Shown here: positions 39,701 to 50,400 of the stretch, one piece after another
How the letters are laid out: every line of letters starts with the position of its first letter
Numbering within the stretch: the stretch's first letter is position 1
Assembly (NCBI RefSeq): GCF_964355755.1
Contig: NC_092677.1
Span: 3,184,101-3,248,100 of the forward strand
Length of the DNA stretch: 64,000 nt
Source: Antedon mediterranea
Lineage: Eukaryota; Animalia; Echinodermata
Direction of reading: 5' to 3'
Notes under the pieces: generated by a model
Told to the model about the DNA's origin: nothing
Database searches by the model: none
What the model saw: only the letters and a program-made list of their open reading frames with translations
Translations under genes and position numbers: made by a program

Positions 39701-42580
39701 CTGCAGTAGTATGATTTAATATTACAATGTTACTGCAGTAGTATGATATAATATCACAATGTTACTGCAGTAGTATGATTTAATATTACAATGTTACTGC
39801 AGTAGCATGATTTAATATTACAATGTTACTGCAGTAATATGATATAATATCACAAAGTTACTGCAGTAGTATGATTTAATATTACAACCTTGATGTTGTT
39901 TGGTACTTACAATGTTATCATGAGTAAGAGCCAGGATTCTACCGCCTTCATCTGTTGAAATCGTTGAGCCAGTTTCGCTTGGTGTATCTGGAATGCACGG
40001 GCACCAGACAACACGGTGGAAATCACTGCTAACGTTACTGCCGGCTTGCGTTATATTTACTTTAAGTTCATGCCTGGGATTTCAGTTAAGTTTATCATAG
40101 TAATCAATAATAAAACCGTAAACAATAAACAATTATTTATAATAATAGTATTATAAAATGTTTAGTTTTCATTTATTAGATTAATGTTAGACTGTTTTCG
40201 TTTAGCTTTTTGCTTATTTTCTTTCAATCCTCATTGAGATCCAGCCACTGATACCAACAGCATTGTCATTTTTTCAGTGCTAATTTTATTTGTAAATCTA
40301 TTGAGATCCAGCCACTGATACCAACAGCATTGTCATTTTTTCAGTGCTAATTTTATTTGTAAATCTATTGAGATCCAGCCACTGATACCCACAGCATTGT
40401 CATTTTTTCAGTGCTTATTTTATTTGTATCTCCATTGAGATCCAGCCACTGATACCCACAGCATTGTCATTTTATCAGTGCTTATTTTATTTGTATCTCC
40501 ATTGAGATCCAGTCACTGATATCCACAGCATTGTCATTTTTTCAGTGCTCAAAATATATAGACTAGAAATGATATCAAAGGATACTGTATCTTGTCATTG
40601 ACTTCCAGTAGCTCATACACAGTTACATTTCCCAACTTGTCAATACATGCTAATATGTTGGAGTTTGTGTGGGCAAATGCTAGGTCAGACACAACGTCAA
40701 CAAACCCTTTGATCAGAGAACGAGTTGATGTCTTGCGATTTAAAATGCGAACACCATAACCAGAGCTAACTGAAAAAGACAGGTAAAATATGTCATGATA
40801 TAATACATTCATACTGTTTGAACCATTACAGATTTTCTGGCTATGTTTTGAGACGTCCAAATATGGTAGTGATATGCTCAAATATGGTAGTGATATGACA
40901 TCATGATGTCCATATATGGGCACATCCCATTTTGTTGTCACATAAAGTTTGATAGTGTAGACGAGACTTTAAGCTCCGTCTACACTATCAAACTAGTTTG
41001 ACACAAAAAGTGTGATGTGACCATGGTAGTGATATGCTCAAATATGGTAGTGATATGCTCAAATATGGTAGTGATATGCTCAAATATGGTAGTGATATGA
41101 CATCATCATGTCCATATATGGGCACATCACATTTTTTTGGGTCACATTACAGTTCTACTTACTTTTGAGTACATAAGCAACATAATTACTACTGACTGCA
41201 ATGAGGTTTCCTATGTAATATTTGTGTTCCCAATCATAGTTCACTACCGGAGTTATTTTCACCTTTCACCAAAAAAATTACCAAATTACATGTTAAAATA
41301 ATACACTCAACTGGTGGCCAGCTCCTTATTTGTCACATTGTCATATTTATTATTAATTTCAAAATTATTATAACTAGTCAAAGAATAGACAGTACAGTAA
41401 TTACAAGATTTTGATTTGTGAAGTTAACTCATTGTGCACATGCTGGGAAGTTAGGAAGCGCTTCCTCACATCCCACCTTGACACAGCTTTGGTCGGTTGT
41501 CCGACATATTAATTGACCTGACCTTTTCAAGGTCATCGCAAATCAAAATGGACCCTCAAACACCAATCAAACCAAAACAATGTTTAATTTGTTATTAGTG
41601 ACATTATACTGTAAGCCAATTTCTGAGCCGTTTTAGCAAATTGTGTAATTCCAAGACGAATTGATAAGACTTGCCTTACTACTGCCTGGAGTGTTCACAT
41701 CAATAGACGAGCTGTCACTTGATACAATGTGAACCTCTCTGCCATACACTGGATATGAATCACTAGTGTCATCACCAGTTAAATGTCTACATAAACACAA
41801 ACAACAATTAAAACATTTATTTTGCCGCGCTTCAGCAATCGATTATTCCAAAGTTATTCCTAATATTTGATCTTTTTTGAGTTTTTACCATCTTTATATA
41901 TTGTTTTAGCATCAGGAAAAAGAATTTTACATCTGAATTTCCAAAAGTGACAATAAATATATATCTTGTATTTTTTAATGTCCTACAGTATATCAGGATT
42001 TAAAATTTTTTTTTCTTTTACAATTAAATGGATAGAATTATTCAGGGACCACCTTTATTAATGGGACACATTAACATGTTTTAACACTACAGTCAACCCC
42101 TATTGAGGGGACACTTTGGTTGGTCCCTAAGGTATCCCCTTAATAGGTGTTCTACTGTATCAAAGTGTAGGCTATTTACATTTCTTGTTTAGTCTTCATG
42201 AGCAGTGTAGCATCTAGGAGGGAAGCATCTCCTCTGCCGTTGGAAGCCTGCAAAATAAGATACAATTACATTATAACATACTGTACATATTTTGACAGTA
42301 CAACTCTTCATAAAATGTTTCTATCTTCTTTCAACTAAAAGCGTAGTTAGTCTTGTCTCAGGTCACATTCTATGGTCGCCGTACAGATAGGCTGCTACAT
42401 CAGTACTTCTATGAGTGACAAGAACGCTAGTTGGTCATACCGTTCTGTCAGTACCGTTTTGATTACCGTTTTGATTTTACAATCATTCGGAAAACAACCT
42501 CCCGACAGTGGACAATTAACTAACTTCCTGTCTATTTTAAGCTCATATATCTATCAGTTAAGTTTAATTTTACTTACCAT
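18757..42580 (-). CDS. EDC4: Enhancer of mRNA-decapping protein 4 (Ge-1/Hedls), ~1249 aa
   Basis: 23 coding exons with consistent phases: 42578-42580 (ATG), 42180-42247, 41675-41786, 41163-41262, 40586-40769, 39911-40073, 38943-39050, 38436-38629, 37570-37759, 36222-36396, 35357-35411, 34864-34958, 33150-33834, 32498-32608, 31869-32013, 31344-31539, 30576-30719, 30139-30254, 29605-29770, 24947-25133, 20935-21142, 20267-20430, 18757-18937 (3750 nt). WD40-region motifs VKITPVVNYDWEHKYYIGNLIAVS, LATASVDGSVKFWQIY, FWRFLIT and YCVHTKSLQ; a Ser-rich linker; C-terminal KENISKLVKS, LPAFERSCQ and EAFQTALSASDL. All match EDC4. Confidence 0.95.
21826..23407 (-). mobile_element. Non-autonomous Helentron/DINE-1-like (HINE) element in an EDC4 intron
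   Basis: On the minus strand the 5' end is TTTATTAGTTATCCGCACTTGGCGGATAACT (subTIR plus short partner IR), followed by a short TTCT run. The 3' end is subTIR GTGCGGATAACTAA, stem-loop AACTCGTCA-AAG-TGACGAGTT, then CTAGTTT. Confidence 0.75.
25288..25522. repeat. 15-bp minisatellite CCCAGG(G/C)TAGTTT(G/T)
   Basis: About 15 tandem copies abutting the 3' part of the LINE relic. Confidence 0.9.
25523..27950 (-). mobile_element. Decayed 5'-truncated L1/Tx1-clade LINE ORF2 (reverse transcriptase), frameshifted
   Basis: Fragmented ORFs carry DRGPGLWKLNS (post-endonuclease), LNKAPGTDGLTVGFY, NNWRPITLLNTDYKI, RGIRQSCPLSALLFILVAE, AQLADDT, SGLRLNKEKT and GGVKAPDF, interrupted by multiple stops and frameshifts. 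Confidence 0.9.
28372..28652 (-). mobile_element. SINE family 1 copy with an internal deletion
   Basis: Near-identical to 16761-17074 but lacks the segment between the two TGTACTA repeats. Confidence 0.85.
28783..28995. mobile_element. MITE family with ACTGCAGTTACTGCAGTA subterminal palindromes
   Basis: ACCACATCAAAATTCTACTGCAGTTACTGCAGTAA...GTTACTGCAGTAACTGCAGTAGAATATTTGACATGGT. Relatives at ~16620-16740, 20508-20710, 32060-32178, 39387-39580 and 60255-60715. Confidence 0.6.
29995..30089 (+). mobile_element. 3' end fragment of the same Helentron-like element
   Basis: CACGTGGCGTTTGCTCTGCGGATAACCTAACTCGTCCGTAGTGACGAGTTCAAATCTAGTT matches the reverse complement of 21826-21915. Confidence 0.7.
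30345..30556 (-). mobile_element. tRNA-derived SINE, family 2
   Basis: Minus strand TAGCTTGGTGGTTAACATG...GGTTCAATCC (A/B boxes); homologous to the plus-strand copy at ~51960-52175. Confidence 0.75.
30720..31343 (-). other. U12-type (minor) GT-AG intron in EDC4
   Basis: Donor GTATCCTTT; branch-like TTCTTAAT about 10 nt before the AG; no polypyrimidine tract. Confidence 0.8.
31094..31260. repeat. ~34-bp tandem repeat, ~5 copies
   Basis: CATC(G)TCAAGTGTAGAGAACAGTTAGGCCTAGC repeated. Confidence 0.85.
32655..32816. mobile_element. High-copy Harbinger-like MITE (representative copy)
   Basis: Family TIR AGCTCTGTCTACACTATCAAAC...GTTTGATAGTGTAGACAGAGCT with TAA/TTA flanks. Other full or partial copies at ~32308, 34576, 36057, 37200, 38760, 39230, 40860, 40971, 46728, 50886, 58704 and 60490. 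Confidence 0.8.
33900..34540 (-). mobile_element. 3' fragment of a CR1/L2-group LINE
   Basis: The minus strand reads RTPSEPLFKKLNIVKIKDLHTIQVTSFMFQY and VRLRKSQFFITFSGPTQWNNLN, followed by a T-rich 3' UTR. Confidence 0.7.
36424..37150. mobile_element. Non-autonomous Tc1/mariner (pogo/Tigger-like) DNA transposon
   Basis: TIRs TACCGTAGTTCCCCGGGTATAATCCCAC / GTGGGATTATACCCGAGGAACTACGGTA, TA target site, and repeated subterminal GGTGGGA(C/T)TATACCCG motifs. Confidence 0.8.
39570..39888. repeat. 32-bp minisatellite, ~10 copies
   Basis: Tandem GTTACTGCAGTAGTATGATTTAATATTACAAT. Confidence 0.92.
40074..40585 (-). other. U12-type (minor) GT-AG intron in EDC4
   Basis: Donor GTATCCTTT; branch site AACTTAAC about 11 nt upstream of the CAG acceptor. 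Confidence 0.85.
40232..40548. repeat. 67-bp tandem repeat, ~4.7 copies
   Basis: ATTGAGATCCAGCCACTGATACC... at 40233, 40300, 40367, 40434 and 40501. Confidence 0.92.
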
Positions 42581-43176
42581 TATTAAAACTTTTAAGTCAG
42601 TTTTCTAGAAAAAAATACTGCAATGGTAAAAACAAGATATTAATAGGCTATATTATATATATATTTATTTTATTTATTATCTATAAGTATAAAATCAAAT
42701 AATTTTAGTAAATTAGTTATTTACAACAAACATCATATATAAGTACATTCCATCATTATCAATTATTATGGTGAATTGCCTCTCGACTACACAGACTTCA
42801 TTTTACAAACTTTTTCAAAAATGTTTAAATTTAATAAAAAATTATTCTATTTTGCCAATTAATTATAATATTAAGAGTCAATACTATAGGCCTACTCTTT
42901 ATTAACAAAGACTCGTATTTAGTAATATCACACAAATATACATTATTGGGTATACCAAATGCTTAAAATTAAGGCTTGTTAAATATCTAGGCCTAGGCCC
43001 TAGAGTCTCACCACTACTACAGGAACCCCAAAAAGATGATACCGATAGCCCAGTCGATACACGATAGCTTCCCGCCGCACAGACAAAAAAAATATTTTTG
43101 TAGGACTAGCCTAGAGGCCTAGTAGGTAGGCTAGCCAAAAGCTTTTTATTAATTATAATCTCATCGACGGTATTAC

Positions 43177-44498
43177 CTATAGCGCTTGGATCCTATTTAA
43201 ATATTTATAATTTTATACATTTGTATAGATTAAAAAACAGTAAAATTACAATACAGAACGTCTACTTCTTAACGCTTCTAGCCATCATCAGGTTTCTCAC
43301 ACTCCCCTCGCGTGTTTTTTTTTTCAATTTTCTAGTTTGCCATAACCTGACCTTCCAAGTCTTTCAAACTATAAATAAAAATATTTTATAAATAGATATT
43401 TATTTTCAAATTTTATGAAACAAATAAATGTTTAAATTGTAAAATTATTAAGCAAATTGTTATTACAAATTTGATTAAAATTTATATTGATAATTTCTTA
43501 ATCACATATCAGTATAATTTGAGCGAGCCATAACATGGAAGCCTACACATGTGCAGCGTTTACGACATTCAACTTCTTGAATCTCAAACGTCACGTGACA
43601 TACACCCCGACATCTTGTATCTTTTTTCAATTCGATTATTTTGTACTTAAGCTTAAAGATGTATTGTCCGCCAAACACATGAAAAATAGAGATTAATGAA
43701 AAAGAATTTGAATAGACCATTTTGCAGTTTAATAAAGTTAATCACTTTCGTAAAAAAAAAACACTTTAAAAATAATGTTTTCACTTATAAAAAAACAAAC
43801 GATTTAATTAAAATAAAAAATGAAATTTAACCAAAACCCATTGAATTCTAGTCAACTTGAATAAAGTTATTCAGGTGAACAATAGTTTTTTTCGATTCAC
43901 TATAATGTGACATTAATAATGTTATATTGAACCAAAAAATTAAAAAAATTAGTTGGGGGACAATATATCTAGGAATAGCATTAGGCCTACTAATACTATA
44001 TATATCTGTCTAACAAATTTATGATTATTTTGAAAGATCATAATCTGAAAATCCATACCTCCTAATAAATATCACAATGAGGGCCTACAGGAATCATAAC
44101 TTAGTTAGAATACTTCATGAACATGAAAAAGCATAAGGCAAATTGTAATAAGCTTTCATGGCATTTATCATGTATCTCTTTTTTCAGCTTATTGTTATTT
44201 TTATATGTTTTTTTTGTGGTAATTGAAATATGTATAATCTTACAATTGACCAATGAGACCAGAGTCAACAAAACTACCTGAAATGGTCACGCATGAATGG
44301 ATTGTGTGAAGTTTGTGGTGGTGTACGTACGTGTACATTTGGTCGGTTGTCATGGTTTTCTAAATAGCGCCACCATGTTTATTTACACATTATTTTGATT
44401 CCGAAAATCTCAGTCGGACTGTGTTAAACTAAAATAATGAATTAACTATAAATATTAGCCTTTCTTAAATAAACAAACTACTACAGAAAAAGAAAAAC
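43177..44498. promoter_or_regulatory. Putative bidirectional promoter and 5' UTR region between EDC4 and TSNAXIP1
   Basis: Divergent start codons at 42580 (-) and 44499 (+). A putative EDC4 non-coding exon has its donor at 43176. CCAAT at ~44250; X-box-like GTTGTCATGG at 44346. Confidence 0.45.
43652..43972. mobile_element. AT-rich MITE-like element
   Basis: AAAGATGTATTGTCC...GGGGACAATATATCT ends; related sequence at ~19337-19620 and ~5850-6053. Confidence 0.5.
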
Positions 44499-47400
44499 AT
44501 GTCTGCAAAAGCTAAATTACCTCCAATTACAAGGTAAGCTGAGAAAAGAGTAGATTTTTCGGGGTGTAGGCTAGGGCCAGGCCCACCCATCCAGGCTGTC
44601 ACTGACACTGTCAGTGTATGTGGGGGAAGAGAGAGCTCAGAGGCTACCCGAGAGAGAGCCTGCTGAGGCTCCCCTCCTCAGTCTCAGAGTATCACACCAG
44701 TTTTGGCTGGTCCGCCCGGGGGAGAAGCATCTAACCCTGATTACACCACCCCACCAGATAGGATAGCCTTTTCTGTAGCTTCTTTGTTAATGCACCAGTA
44801 ATATAAGTGTTATGCGCGATTTGAACGATTTGCGCAATTTGAAATTGCGCAAAAAAAATCCTTGCGCAATTTGAATTGAAACATGTGTTTCAAATTGCGC
44901 AAGCAACGTATTAAATTGCGCAAGTAATCTGCAAATTGCGCAAGGTTTTTCGACAGATTGTGAAATCATGCACACCCATATTTTTATAGTAATTTCTAAG
45001 AATGATTCAAAATTAAAGATAAATATCGCATTTCCTTATTTTAGTAGTGCAAATATTGTTATAAGTTAGCATACCGTCGAAGAACCGACGAAGGAAAACG
45101 AAGCGGTGGTGTTCCACCAGGCGGGCGCGGCGCGGGCGGCCGGCTATACTACTCTAGCCTAGCTAGGGTCTGGACTACTGATACTGACTAGGTTACATGG
45201 CCTAGCTTAAACTAATATTAAAAACTTAAAAAGTGAGTATTAAACATTATCTTCATTGAAATGGTCTTATTTATATAATAAAATACTAAATTTTAAACTC
45301 CTCTGCCTAGGCCTAGCCTAGCCATGTATGGGAAAATTTACAGTTCGTTTTCAAATTGCGCAAAGGTGTCATATTGCGCAAGAACTATCTTGCGCAATTT
45401 ACAAATTGTGCAGCGCAATTTAAAATTGCGCAAAGATTTTCTTGCGCAATTTCAAATTGCGCAAGTTGATTGCGCAATTTGAAATTGCGCAAAAAAATCC
45501 TTGCGCAATTTAAAATTGCGCAAGAATTCTTTGCGCAATTTCAAATTGCGCAAGGATTTTTTTGCGCAATTTCAAATTGCGCAAATCGTTCAAATCGCGC
45601 ATAACATAAGCCTATTAGGGCCTACATTATAGAGCTAGAGAGGAGCCTATTACTAATACTATATTAGTATTAATTTAAATTTAAAAAAATTAACCTATAG
45701 GAGTAGGCCTAGTAGTAGCATTGCCATATTAATATTAATAATTTCTAGGCCCTATGTAGTGTTTTGTTCCGACACAGCCTGTGTGTGAACAATTTAATTT
45801 GCAATCGTAATGTCAGATGAGTGAATTAACAATGCCACGGTGATGCAGTATGAAAAATATAAGTTTTATAAATTAAATAATGATTTCATTTGTTTTGTTA
45901 CAATTCAGAAAAAGTCCATCACCAGGCCTAGGATACCCGATGAGTCAATCAGGACCGCATTATCAATTGACGTTAACTGGCGACTTAATGAAACATAACT
46001 TACCTGAACCAAACACGCTAAAGGTAACAACAAGAGGGTATATTTAACCATTAAATCCTTGTACAGTAGAACCAAGGGGACACCTTCATTCAGGACCCAT
46101 CAATGTGTCCCCCTAATAGAGGTGTCTTAAAGTAGTGATTCTACCATTAACAAGGCACATACAGAACTAACTTTAAATTCTTTTCACAGCCATATGTAGA
46201 CATAAAAGCTGGGAAGGTGGACACATGGCCAGCCCACGCCACTGCTCAAGCAACTACCGCGCTGACGTCGTACAACCAGAGGCAGCAGCACAACGTAGAT
46301 GGCGTTGATGACAACAGTCCACAACGATCTATCATTCCAAAGCCGAAGTTTTTAGACCAATTGGAATCATTTCTAAAAAAGGAACTAAGAAACCTAGACT
46401 GTTCTCAGTCTGGGCCTAGCGAGCTAAGGCTACAGGTATCATTTTAAACTTCCCCCTTTTATTGGAATACTAGTAGTCCTAACCTAGGACTATCACAGAC
46501 ATATGCAGTACATTATATTAATATTTCTTTAATTTTTTTAATTCCTAAAAAAATTTCTTTTAAATTAAACAGGCTTTCAGAGAAGTATTTGAATATTTAA
46601 TTCAAGATTTTAAAACGTATCGTCCACTTCTGTCGGCCATCAAGAATGAATATGAAATGATGTTATCGCATCAACGTCAGCAGATCCGTGAACTTCAACC
46701 TCTCAAGGTTTGTTTACCTCCATGTTTTAACCTCTGTCTACACTATCAAATTATGCCCAAATATGGTAGTGATGTGACATCATCATGTCCATATATGAGC
46801 ACATAATTTTTTGTCACATAAATTTGATAGTGTAGACAGAGCTTTCCAAAATTCAAATATTTTAAATATAAAACATTTGTTTCCTGTGACATTACTGTAT
46901 TTTTTGCATCATTTTAGTCGATGCTGGTAACAGTATCTGAACAGTGCGACCAGAAGGTGATGGCATTACGAGGAGAGGAACGACAAGAGATGACGGAACT
47001 GAAACAAGAGAATAAAAATTTACAAGAAACAATTACTATCATGAAACGGGACCATGTGGAGTTTGAAGAACAGATTAAAAAGGTGAGTGAGTCCCCTTGA
47101 GGGGTACAAAGTGTCTTCTTAATAGGGGTACAAAGTGTCTTCTTAATAGGGGTACAAAGTGTCTCCTTAATAGGGATACAAAGTGTCTCCTTAATAGGGG
47201 TACAAAGTGTCTCCTTAATAGGGGTACAAAGTGTCTTCTTAATAGGGGTACAAAGTGTCTTCTTAATAGGGGTACAAAGTGTCTCCTTAATAGGGGTACA
47301 AAGTGTCTTCTTAATAGGGGTACAAAGTGTCTTCTTAATAGGGGTACAAAGTGTCTTCTTAATAGGGGTACAAAGTGTCTTCTTAATAGGGGTACAAAGT

Positions 47401-50400
47401 GTCTCCTTAATAGGGATACAAAGTGTCTTCTTAATAGGGGTACAAAGTGTCTCCTTAATAGGGGTACAAAGTGTCTTCTTAATAGGGGTACAAAGTGTCT
47501 TCTTAATAGGGGTACAAAGTGTCTCCTTAATAGGGGTACAAAGTGTCTTCTTAATAGGGATACAAAGTGTCTCCTTAATAGGGATACAAAGAGTCTTCTT
47601 AATAGGGGTACAAAGTGTCTTCTTAATAGGGGTACAAAGTGTCTTCTTAATAGGGGTACAAAGTGTCTTCTTAATAGGGGTACAAAGTGTCTCCTTAATA
47701 GGGATACAAAGTGTCTTCTTAATAGGGGTACAAAGTGTCTCCTTAATAGGGATACAAAGTGTCTCCTTAATAGGGGTACAAAGTGTCTTCTTAATAGGGG
47801 TACAAAGTGTCTCCTTAATAGGGATACAAAGTGTCTTCTTAATAGGGGTACAAAGTGTCTCCTTAATAGGGGTACAAAGTGTCTTCTTAATAGGGGTACA
47901 AAGTGTCTCCTTAATAGGGATACAAAGTGTCTTCTTAATAGGGGTACAAAGTGTCTTCTTAATAGGGGTACAAAGTGTCTTCTTAATAGGGGTACAAAGT
48001 GTCTCCTTAATAGGGATACAAAGTGTCTCCTTAATAGGGATACAAAGTGTCTTCTTAATAGGGGTACAAAGTGTCTTCTCAATAGGGGTACAAAGTGTCT
48101 TCTTAATAGGGGTACAAAGTGTCTTCTCAATAGGGGTACAAAGTGTCTTCTCAATAGGGGTACAAAGTGTCTCCTTAATAGGGGTACAAAGTGTCTTCTT
48201 AATAGGAGTACAAAGTGTCTTCTTAATAGGGATACAAAGTGTCTTCTTAATAGGGGTACAAAGTGTCTTCTTAATAGAGGTACAAAGTGTCTTCTTAATA
48301 GGGGTACAAAGTGTCTCCTTAATAGGGGTACAAAGTGTCTTCTTAATAGGGGTACAAAGTGTCTCCTTAATAGGGGTACAAAGTGTCTCCTTAATAGGGG
48401 TACAAAGTGTCTCCTTAATAGGGGTACAAAGTGTCTCCTTAATAGGGGGACAAAGTGTCTCCTTAATAGGGGGACAAAGTGTCTTCTTAATATGGGTACA
48501 AAGTGTCTTCTTAATAGGGGTACAAAGTGTCTCCTTAATAGGGGTACAAAGTGTCTCCTTAATAGGGGTACAAAGTGTCTCCTTAATAGGGGTACAAAGT
48601 GTCTCCTTAATAGGGGTACAAAGTGTCGTCTTAATAGGGATACAAAGTGTCTTCTTAATAGGGGTACAAAGTGTCTCCTTAATAGGGGTACAAAGTGTCT
48701 CCTTAATAGGGGTACAAAGTGTCTCCTTAATAGGGGTACAAAGTGTCTCCTTAATAGGGGTACAAAGTGTCTTCTTAATAGGGGTACAAAGTGTCTTCTT
48801 AATAGGGATACAAAGTGTCTCCTTAATAGGGATACAAAGTGTCTTCTTAATAGGGGTACAAACTGTCTTCTTAATAGGGGTACAAAGTGTCTTCTTAATA
48901 GGGGTACAAAGTGTCTTCTTAATAGGGGTACAAAGTGTCTCCTTAATAGGGATACAAAGTGTCTTCTTAATAGGGGTACAAAGTGTCTTCTTAATAGGGG
49001 TACAAAGTGTCTTCTTAATAGGGGTACAAACTGTCTTCTTAATAGGGGTACAAAGTGTCTCCTTAATAGGGATACAAAGTGTCTCCTTAATAGGGATACA
49101 AAGTGTCTTCTTAATAGGGGTACAAACTGTCTTCTTAATAGGGGTACAAACTGTCTTCTTAATAGGGGTACAAACTGTCTTCTTAATAGGGGTACAAAGT
49201 GTCTTCTTAATAGGGGTACAAAGTGTCTTCTTAATAGGGATACAAAGTGTCTCCTTAATAGGGATACAAAGTGTCTTCTTAATAGGGGTACAAACTGTCT
49301 TCTTAATAGGGGTACAAAGTGTCTTCTTAATAGGGGTACAAAGTGTCTTCTTAATAGGGGTACAAAGTGTCTTCTTAATAGGGGTACAAAGTGTCTCCTT
49401 AATAGGGATACAAAGTGTCTTCTTAATAGGGGTACAAAGTGTCTTCTTAATAGGGGTACAAAGTGTCTTCTTAATAGGGATACAAAGTGTCTCCTTAATA
49501 GGGATACAAAGTGTCTCCTTAATAGGGGTACAAAGTGTCTCCTTAATAGGGGTACAAAGTGTCTCCTTAATAGGGGTACAAAGTGTCTCCTTAATAGGGG
49601 TACAAAGTGTCTTCTTAATAGGGGTCTTCTGAACTTTGCTTTATTTTTCACAGCTCCAAGATGAAGTTGCAGTTGAATATCAAAAATACAGAAATGAATG
49701 CGACGCCAGAAAACTTCTTGTGTCAGACATCAATGATCTGAAATATCAACAAGAGGACAACCAGAAGAACCAAGCCGGTATGCAAGAGGTGTCGGCAGAA
49801 TCCAAGGAAGACCCTATCAGACTTAAGATCGCTCTTAAGTAAGTGCTTTGACTAGATTTGTCAGTATTCCCATAGAGATAGTGTAGTACGGTATACATAG
49901 AGAACTATAGTATCTCAATGGTATTAATATCTCTATGGCATGGCATTGCATGCACAATGAATAGTGAAATTTTCCTAATCTACTCGGATTATTGTTTGTT
50001 TGTTTTATCTTTATACTGGGTGACCTCTTCAGTCAAAGACTGATCTCCCAGAGGGCCCAGTTGGTGATCAGTGGCTGTGATGTACTAATACACCGGGGTA
50101 ACCCCCTACTCGTCTCGAAAGATGTACTAGGTTCTTTAAAGTGCACACGAGCAAGTTGTGTACACTGGACCTACGGTTTATAGTCCTTATCCGAGAAGAC
50201 TCGTTCTACCACCAGAACCATGGAGTGAGTGAGCCTCGAACCCCTGCCGATGTTATGACTACGTGATTACGGTTCAACTGTCTTAACCGCTCGGCCACTC
50301 ACTCCTTTTTATTACAAAAACTGCACCAAACATACTAGAAGACTACAAGACACTGGTGCACACACACAAGACTAGATAAAAGAAACAAAAGATAACACAT

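Noticed and set aside
46436-46572. Possible U12 intron in TSNAXIP1 (GTATCATTT)
   Set aside because: The donor deviates from GTATCCTT at a key position and no convincing U12 branch site lies near the acceptor.
47075-49664. 855/858-aa ORFs on both strands
   Set aside because: They are translations of a 24-bp minisatellite inside an intron. Intron retention in the TSNAXIP1 frame hits TGA within six codons.
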